Source: an uncultured Thermococci archaeon (lineage in GTDB: Archaea; Methanobacteriota_B; Thermococci; Methanofastidiosales; B48-G16). Taken from it: a stretch of DNA of 64,000 nucleotides. This document shows positions 59,040 through 64,000 of the stretch, one piece after another; position 1 is the first letter of the stretch; each line of letters begins with the position of its first letter. The stretch spans positions 165,309-229,308 of the forward strand of contig CAZQQT010000002.1 of assembly GCA_964595645.1 (NCBI GenBank). The letters are read 5' to 3'. Both the position numbers and the translations under genes were made by a program. The notes under the pieces were generated by a model that was not told the DNA's origin, ran no database searches, and saw only the letters and a program-made list of their open reading frames with translations.

Positions 59040-60533
59040 ATGCATTTCATTATCTCGATCATCCCCATTATCCTTCTGTTGGTGCTCCTCCTCGGATTCA
59101 GAACAAGTATCAAAACGGCTGCCTTTATTGCGTTCCTCTACACAGTGTGTGCGAGTGTGTACCTTGGTGCCGATGAGTTGCTTCTCGGTGTAGGTATTGG
59201 GAAGGGACTGTGGATGACATGCTGGATACTCTACATTATCTGGCCTGCACTCTTCATCTACAATCTCGTAGAGCGAGTAGGCGGATTCACCGTCATCGAG
59301 GAGAAATTCAAGCAGTTTTCAGACAAGCTTTTCCAACTACTTATCGTTGGATGGGTATTTCCATCGTTTCTGCAGGGTGTCACAGGATTTGGGACACCGG
59401 TAGTCGTGACTGCTCCTTTACTGATGGGCATGGGATACTCTCCGCTTATCGCCGCAATCGTTCCGCTCATCGGATGTGCGTGGGCAGTGACCTTTGGGTC
59501 TATGGGATCCTCGTACCTCGCGGCAACACTCGTGACACAGCTTACCACAGAGGAATCATTGGTATTCGCAGCCTTCGGTGCGTTATTTCTCTCTATTATC
59601 TGCGTGCTGACAGGCATTGTGATCGCGTATATTTATGATGGTATTAACGCGATCAAACGAGGATATCGAAACATTCTGATTCTTGGTGTCTCCATGGGCG
59701 TCACACTGAATTTGATGGTGCGAATCGAGCCTGCTATTGCGTCTTTCACCGCGGGAATTGTCGGGTTACTGATTGGGCTCCTGATCTCGTCACGGGAACT
59801 GAAATCGAAAAGTGACAGCAACGTGAGCTTTACCATGGCCTTTTTACCGTACTACACACTCATCATTACTGTACTGCTGGTGATGCTCCCACCACAGATC
59901 GCGTCGATTGCAAAAACTTACGGTGTGATTGGATTTTCCTTTCCAGCAACATCTACAGATATTCAGACGAACCCAGCGGTCGATCTGTACAATCCACTAA
60001 AAATTTTCGCACATCCAGGAAGTTTCATCCTGTGTGCAGGGATTGTTGCATATATTATATATTATATGCGGGGGCTGGATGTTAAGTTAGGAACGATACT
60101 GAAACAGACCACGAAAAAGTCCTTCCCCAGTTTTGTCTCAATATTTGCTGTGCTCTCACTATCAACAATAATGATGGATTCCGGTATGATCTCGGTCCTC
60201 GCTCATCAAGCAGCATTTGCACTGTTTCCTTTTTTCTCTCCGTTGATTGGTACCCTTGGAACATTTATTACCGGAAGTAATACGAGCTCCAATATGCTCT
60301 TCGGCGCGTTTCAGTACACCACGGCGGAGAATATGGGAATTAACCCACTCATTATCCTGGGAGCACAGACTGCCGGTGGCGCGATAGGGAAGGTTTTTTC
60401 ACCGACGGATATGGTGCTCGCTGCATCTGTAACAGGGATTTTGGGCAAAGAAGGAGAAATCATGCGGTTCACTGCGAAAGTAGGTATAGGGTTCACTGTG
60501 TTAGTGGGGGTTCTCACCTTCCTCCTCGTGTAG
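59040..60533 (+). CDS. L-lactate permease (LctP family)
   Basis: FLQG.TGFGTP, V.FGS.G, G.FITGSNTSSN.LF, GGAIG. Confidence 0.88.
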   Translation: MHFIISIIPIILLLVLLLGFRTSIKTAAFIAFLYTVCASVYLGADELLLGVGIGKGLWMTCWILYIIWPALFIYNLVERVGGFTVIEEKFKQFSDKLFQLLIVGWVFPSFLQGVTGFGTPVVVTAPLLMGMGYSPLIAAIVPLIGCAWAVTFGSMGSSYLAATLVTQLTTEESLVFAAFGALFLSIICVLTGIVIAYIYDGINAIKRGYRNILILGVSMGVTLNLMVRIEPAIASFTAGIVGLLIGLLISSRELKSKSDSNVSFTMAFLPYYTLIITVLLVMLPPQIASIAKTYGVIGFSFPATSTDIQTNPAVDLYNPLKIFAHPGSFILCAGIVAYIIYYMRGLDVKLGTILKQTTKKSFPSFVSIFAVLSLSTIMMDSGMISVLAHQAAFALFPFFSPLIGTLGTFITGSNTSSNMLFGAFQYTTAENMGINPLIILGAQTAGGAIGKVFSPTDMVLAASVTGILGKEGEIMRFTAKVGIGFTVLVGVLTFLLV

Positions 60534-60570
60534 TCACCGGATTTTTATAGTAAGAGTACCCAACGAATGT

Positions 60571-60930
60571 ATGCCAGGCATTGTCTTTTTCAGAACGGGA
60601 AATCTCAAAGAGATCACGACGTTCTACTGCGAGAAAGTTGGAGCAACATTGTGGCTGGATCAAGGGGGATGCGCCATCTTCAACCACGGCAATCTCCTCC
60701 TCGGGTTTTGCGAGCGAGACACAATTGATACCCAGGGTATTATCACGTTTTTTTACGACACGAAGGAGGAGGTCAATTGCATGTACACCGAGCTCGAGGA
60801 TTTCGCTCACCACGAACCGAAGAAAAACGAGGAGTACCGGATCTACCAGTTCTTTGCGAAAGATCCAGAGGGGCGTACCCTTGAGTTCCAGTGCTTCCTC
60901 CATCCGCTTCCACCGATAGGAGAGGGTTAA
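60571..60930 (+). CDS. VOC/glyoxalase family protein
   Basis: FY...VG and FFAKDPEGR.LE. Confidence 0.85.
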   Translation: MPGIVFFRTGNLKEITTFYCEKVGATLWLDQGGCAIFNHGNLLLGFCERDTIDTQGIITFFYDTKEEVNCMYTELEDFAHHEPKKNEEYRIYQFFAKDPEGRTLEFQCFLHPLPPIGEG

Positions 60931-61946
60931 ACCCATATCTTTTCCCCGAGCATCCGCTCTCGCAGTACCTTTGCTGCGAGGACCAACACCACGAGATCAA
61001 AGAGAAGGAGAACCACTGCTTCCCACCAGACATCCGCCCATCCAGCGCCTCTCTGGGTAATAGAGAGCAGCGGGTGGACAAAGTAGTATAAGGGGAAAAA
61101 CTTTCCGATCCACTGTGGTATCTGGGGGAACAGAATGATGAACGCGGGAAACATCAAAAATAAATTAAAAATCTTCATTCTCGCAATCAAATCAGTAATG
61201 TTGTCCATGACGACACCTGCTATCAGACCTAACCCCACGGCAAAGAGTGTTCCTAGCACCAAAAAAGCGATAATAAGAATCACCCCTCCGGCGAAGGAAC
61301 TGTTCAGTATGAGAATGATAACCCCCAGTATCAGCCCGATGAAGAGGCCGAAGAGCGATTTGGCGAGTATTATTTCCTGAGCTGTAAGCGGCGTAACCAA
61401 GACAGCATCCAGTGTTTTCTTTTCCCGTTCTTCAATGAGCGAGGTTGAAATAATCAATCCACCGATAATTGTTGCCATAATCAGGAGGAAGGGCATCAAC
61501 CGCACTTTCAAGGAATACTCGTCGGATCCGAGTATCTCACGTTCGAAGGCAATACTTTCCTCTTCACCTGAGAGAGTTTTATACGCGTCGGTGATAGTAG
61601 CGGTCATCGTGATTCTATCGTTGAGGAGACTTTCACCCGATATTAGTAGCTGAGGTGAGGGGCCAGTAAGGAGGCCTGCGTCGTACGTTCCCTCTCGCAC
61701 TCCTTCTCGTAATTCTTCAGCGGATACAATAGTAACACGTACAGAGGAGTCCTCTTCGAGGAGAGATACTATCTCTCCCTCGCCGTGCACGGCAAGCTCA
61801 GGGGCTGCCGTGCCCGTAGTTCCCAGCGCGGCATTGAGCACGACGCTCGCGAGGATCGGCATGATAAGGAAGTACAGAAAAAACATTTCTCTAGTGACCA
61901 TCCTAATGTCTTTCTTGGTCATCACGAGGAGTCGTGAAAGATCCAT
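60927..61946 (-). CDS. ABC-2 exporter permease
   Basis: EEREKKTL.A.LVTP......AK, FPLYY. Confidence 0.9.
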   Translation of the reverse strand: MDLSRLLVMTKKDIRMVTREMFFLYFLIMPILASVVLNAALGTTGTAAPELAVHGEGEIVSLLEEDSSVRVTIVSAEELREGVREGTYDAGLLTGPSPQLLISGESLLNDRITMTATITDAYKTLSGEEESIAFEREILGSDEYSLKVRLMPFLLIMATIIGGLIISTSLIEEREKKTLDAVLVTPLTAQEIILAKSLFGLFIGLILGVIILILNSSFAGGVILIIAFLVLGTLFAVGLGLIAGVVMDNITDLIARMKIFNLFLMFPAFIILFPQIPQWIGKFFPLYYFVHPLLSITQRGAGWADVWWEAVVLLLFDLVVLVLAAKVLRERMLGEKIWV

Positions 61947-63004
61947 CAGTACCGCCTCCGCAGTGCGTATACCCCCATTCCAAAGAAGACGACATCACAG
62001 CCTACAATAATAAGAAAGTCCTTCCACACCTCTGTCAGTCCAGCGCCATAGTTGAGGATCTGGTCAAAGGCATTCACGAGGTAGTACGTCGGGATCACTT
62101 TTACCACGCTGAGTGAGAGGTCGGGGATAAAGATCAACACACCAGGAAGTAAAAAGATGAGCATGGGGACCGCGATATAGATGAAGGAGCCGGTAATGTT
62201 CTCTGTGAGACTTCCCAGAAATAATCCTAGCGCTACAGCCATAAGTGCACCAAGGAGAACTCCAAGAAAGAGTACAGGAAGGTTCCCGCGGAAACTCCAG
62301 GTGAGGGCGAGAATTGCCACTGCCACTGTGAGTGAGTAGCTGATACCCACAACACCTTTTGCTGTGATCACGTCCGAAGGAGACGCTGGCGTGACCAGAA
62401 CAGCCCTCAGTGTACCCGCTGCGCTTTCCTCTACGACAAGTGTGCCGATAGTCCACATCTCCACCACCAATGCCATTACAAGGTACAGTGGTAGTGATCG
62501 CTCTCTCAGAGGGATACGCGCTCCAGCCATATCCTTTCCAAGTATCTCCGTGTGTATCTGCATGGGGATCTTCCCGAGGGCAAGATACTCGATTGCCATC
62601 TGTAACGAGTGCTCAATTGATGATCTCGCGCTTTCAGGAGTCTCAGACATAAAATACATTTTTAATGTTGGCGTTTCTTCTGAACGTAACTGCGCATCAA
62701 AATTTTCCGGTAACACAATACCGGCGATATAACTTTCTTTTTCAAGCGCCTTTTTCAGTGCTTCTTCCGAGGAAAACGACGTTATTTCGATGCCTTCTCC
62801 TTTCAGTCCTGACATCTGTGAGAACAGTTGAGAAGAACCTCTGTCGTAGACACCGAGAGCGAAGGTCTCATCGACGCTGGAAGGGAGGGCATAGTACACT
62901 CCGGCGATCAACACCCCCCAGACAAGTCCTAAAAGTACAAGCTTATTTCTCACTGCCGCAAGCCCGTCCTTCCACACAATAGCCTTTATGCATGAGAGAT
63001 TCAT
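61946..63004 (-). CDS. ABC-2 exporter permease
   Basis: EES..GTL..VLVTP....VI.AK, IPTYY. Confidence 0.9.
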   Translation of the reverse strand: MNLSCIKAIVWKDGLAAVRNKLVLLGLVWGVLIAGVYYALPSSVDETFALGVYDRGSSQLFSQMSGLKGEGIEITSFSSEEALKKALEKESYIAGIVLPENFDAQLRSEETPTLKMYFMSETPESARSSIEHSLQMAIEYLALGKIPMQIHTEILGKDMAGARIPLRERSLPLYLVMALVVEMWTIGTLVVEESAAGTLRAVLVTPASPSDVITAKGVVGISYSLTVAVAILALTWSFRGNLPVLFLGVLLGALMAVALGLFLGSLTENITGSFIYIAVPMLIFLLPGVLIFIPDLSLSVVKVIPTYYLVNAFDQILNYGAGLTEVWKDFLIIVGCDVVFFGMGVYALRRRY

Positions 63005-63852
63005 TGTTCCAACTTCCTCCCGGTGAGCTTTATAAAGACCTCTTCTAGTGTTGCTTCCTGTGTATGGACAGTAGCGACATCTTCTCTTTCAAGGAGATCT
63101 TTTATTTTTTGAGGTGTATCCTCTCTGCTCATGACAAGTGTTTCCTCTCTGAATCCTCTTTCCGTCTTTATTTTTACTTTCAATATTCGTTTTCCCAGTT
63201 TCAACTTTAGATTTTCCGGCATGTCCAACGCTTCTATCTTTCCCTCATTGATAAACGCCACTCTATCTGAAAGTTTATCGGCTTCCATCATGTTGTGAGT
63301 CGTCAAAAAAATTGTCTTCCCCTTTTCCTTCTCAGCTAAAATGATCTTCCGTATTGCTTCTGCAGAAACGGGATCCAATCCACTGGTGGGTTCGTCGAGG
63401 AAGAGGACGTCGGGATCATTTATCAGTGATCTGGCGAACATCACTCGCTGCTGCATTCCTTTGGAGAGTGTCTCGGCCTTATCACCAGCCCACTTTGCGA
63501 TATCCACTTTTTTGAGAAGTGGGTCAATGTCAAAGGATTGTCCGAATAAATCAGCGAAAAATTCTAAGTTCTCCCGTACCGTGAGTCGTGGATAGAGATT
63601 CTTTTCTTCAAAACACACCCCCATCTTTTTGTGCACTTTCTTTGGATCGCGGGCCATGTCAATTCCCAACACCTCAGCCCGTCCTTCCTGAGGCACAAGC
63701 TGACCAGTGAGCATTTTCACTGTTGTACTTTTTCCAGCACCATTTGGACCAAGAAATCCCAAAATCTCTCCTTTTTCTACAGAAAAAGAGACATGATCTA
63801 CCGCAAGTGTGTCGCCATAACTATAAGTGAGATTTTCAGCTTCAATTATCAA
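63001..63852 (-). CDS. ABC exporter ATP-binding protein
   Basis: GPNGAGKST, LSKGMQQR, FLDEPTSGLDP, TTHNM. Confidence 0.95.
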   Translation of the reverse strand: MIIEAENLTYSYGDTLAVDHVSFSVEKGEILGFLGPNGAGKSTTVKMLTGQLVPQEGRAEVLGIDMARDPKKVHKKMGVCFEEKNLYPRLTVRENLEFFADLFGQSFDIDPLLKKVDIAKWAGDKAETLSKGMQQRVMFARSLINDPDVLFLDEPTSGLDPVSAEAIRKIILAEKEKGKTIFLTTHNMMEADKLSDRVAFINEGKIEALDMPENLKLKLGKRILKVKIKTERGFREETLVMSREDTPQKIKDLLEREDVATVHTQEATLEEVFIKLTGRKLEQ

Positions 63853-63946
63853 TCAGATCACTTCCTTCTATTTTCTATACAAAGTTATACATATAAAAAT
63901 TATGCCGATCATATAAGGTGGATTTAAATATAACGGGATACTCACT

Positions 63947-64000
63947 TCACCCATACCGTTCCACTTCCTCCACCATCTCGTCGAGATCGAAGGGTTTGTG
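63947..64000 (-). CDS. C-terminal end of a probable response-regulator receiver domain (truncated by the window)
   Basis: HKPFDLDEMVEEVERYG*; KPF followed by a helix is typical of receiver domains; only 17 aa visible. Confidence 0.55.
   Translation of the reverse strand, partial: HKPFDLDEMVEEVERYG

Overview
Gene-dense archaeal chromosome segment. Archaeal markers include two histones, trm56, archaeal-type ThrRS, NAC, class I CCA enzyme, PurP, SRP54 and TATA/BRE promoters. A Thermococci-related lineage such as Theionarchaea/Methanofastidiosa is a guess only. Contents: housekeeping genes, tRNA-His(GTG) and tRNA-Arg(GCG), a heliorhodopsin, large secreted proteins (DUF11-repeat protein, C25 and S8 peptidases), and an AT-rich catabolic-looking block after tRNA-Arg with an apparently exact 1,390-bp tandem duplication of an atypical amidohydrolase. 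The best candidate for an undescribed system is the divergent locus at 40360-46295. It has an ECF transporter whose S-component is fused to a molybdopterin-binding (sulfite-oxidase/MsrP-type) fold, a secreted metallophosphoesterase, an NTPase, and two lipoproteins built from the same fold lacking the Mo-ligating Cys. The 62-bp divergent promoter carries a ModE-like operator. My inference is a Mo/W-pterin cofactor salvage/uptake system. I also found three small ORFs missing from the supplied track, one ending inside tRNA-Arg, and a candidate structured ncRNA. No CRISPR array, rRNA, integrase or transposase was seen. All family calls are by motif recognition; no searches were run.
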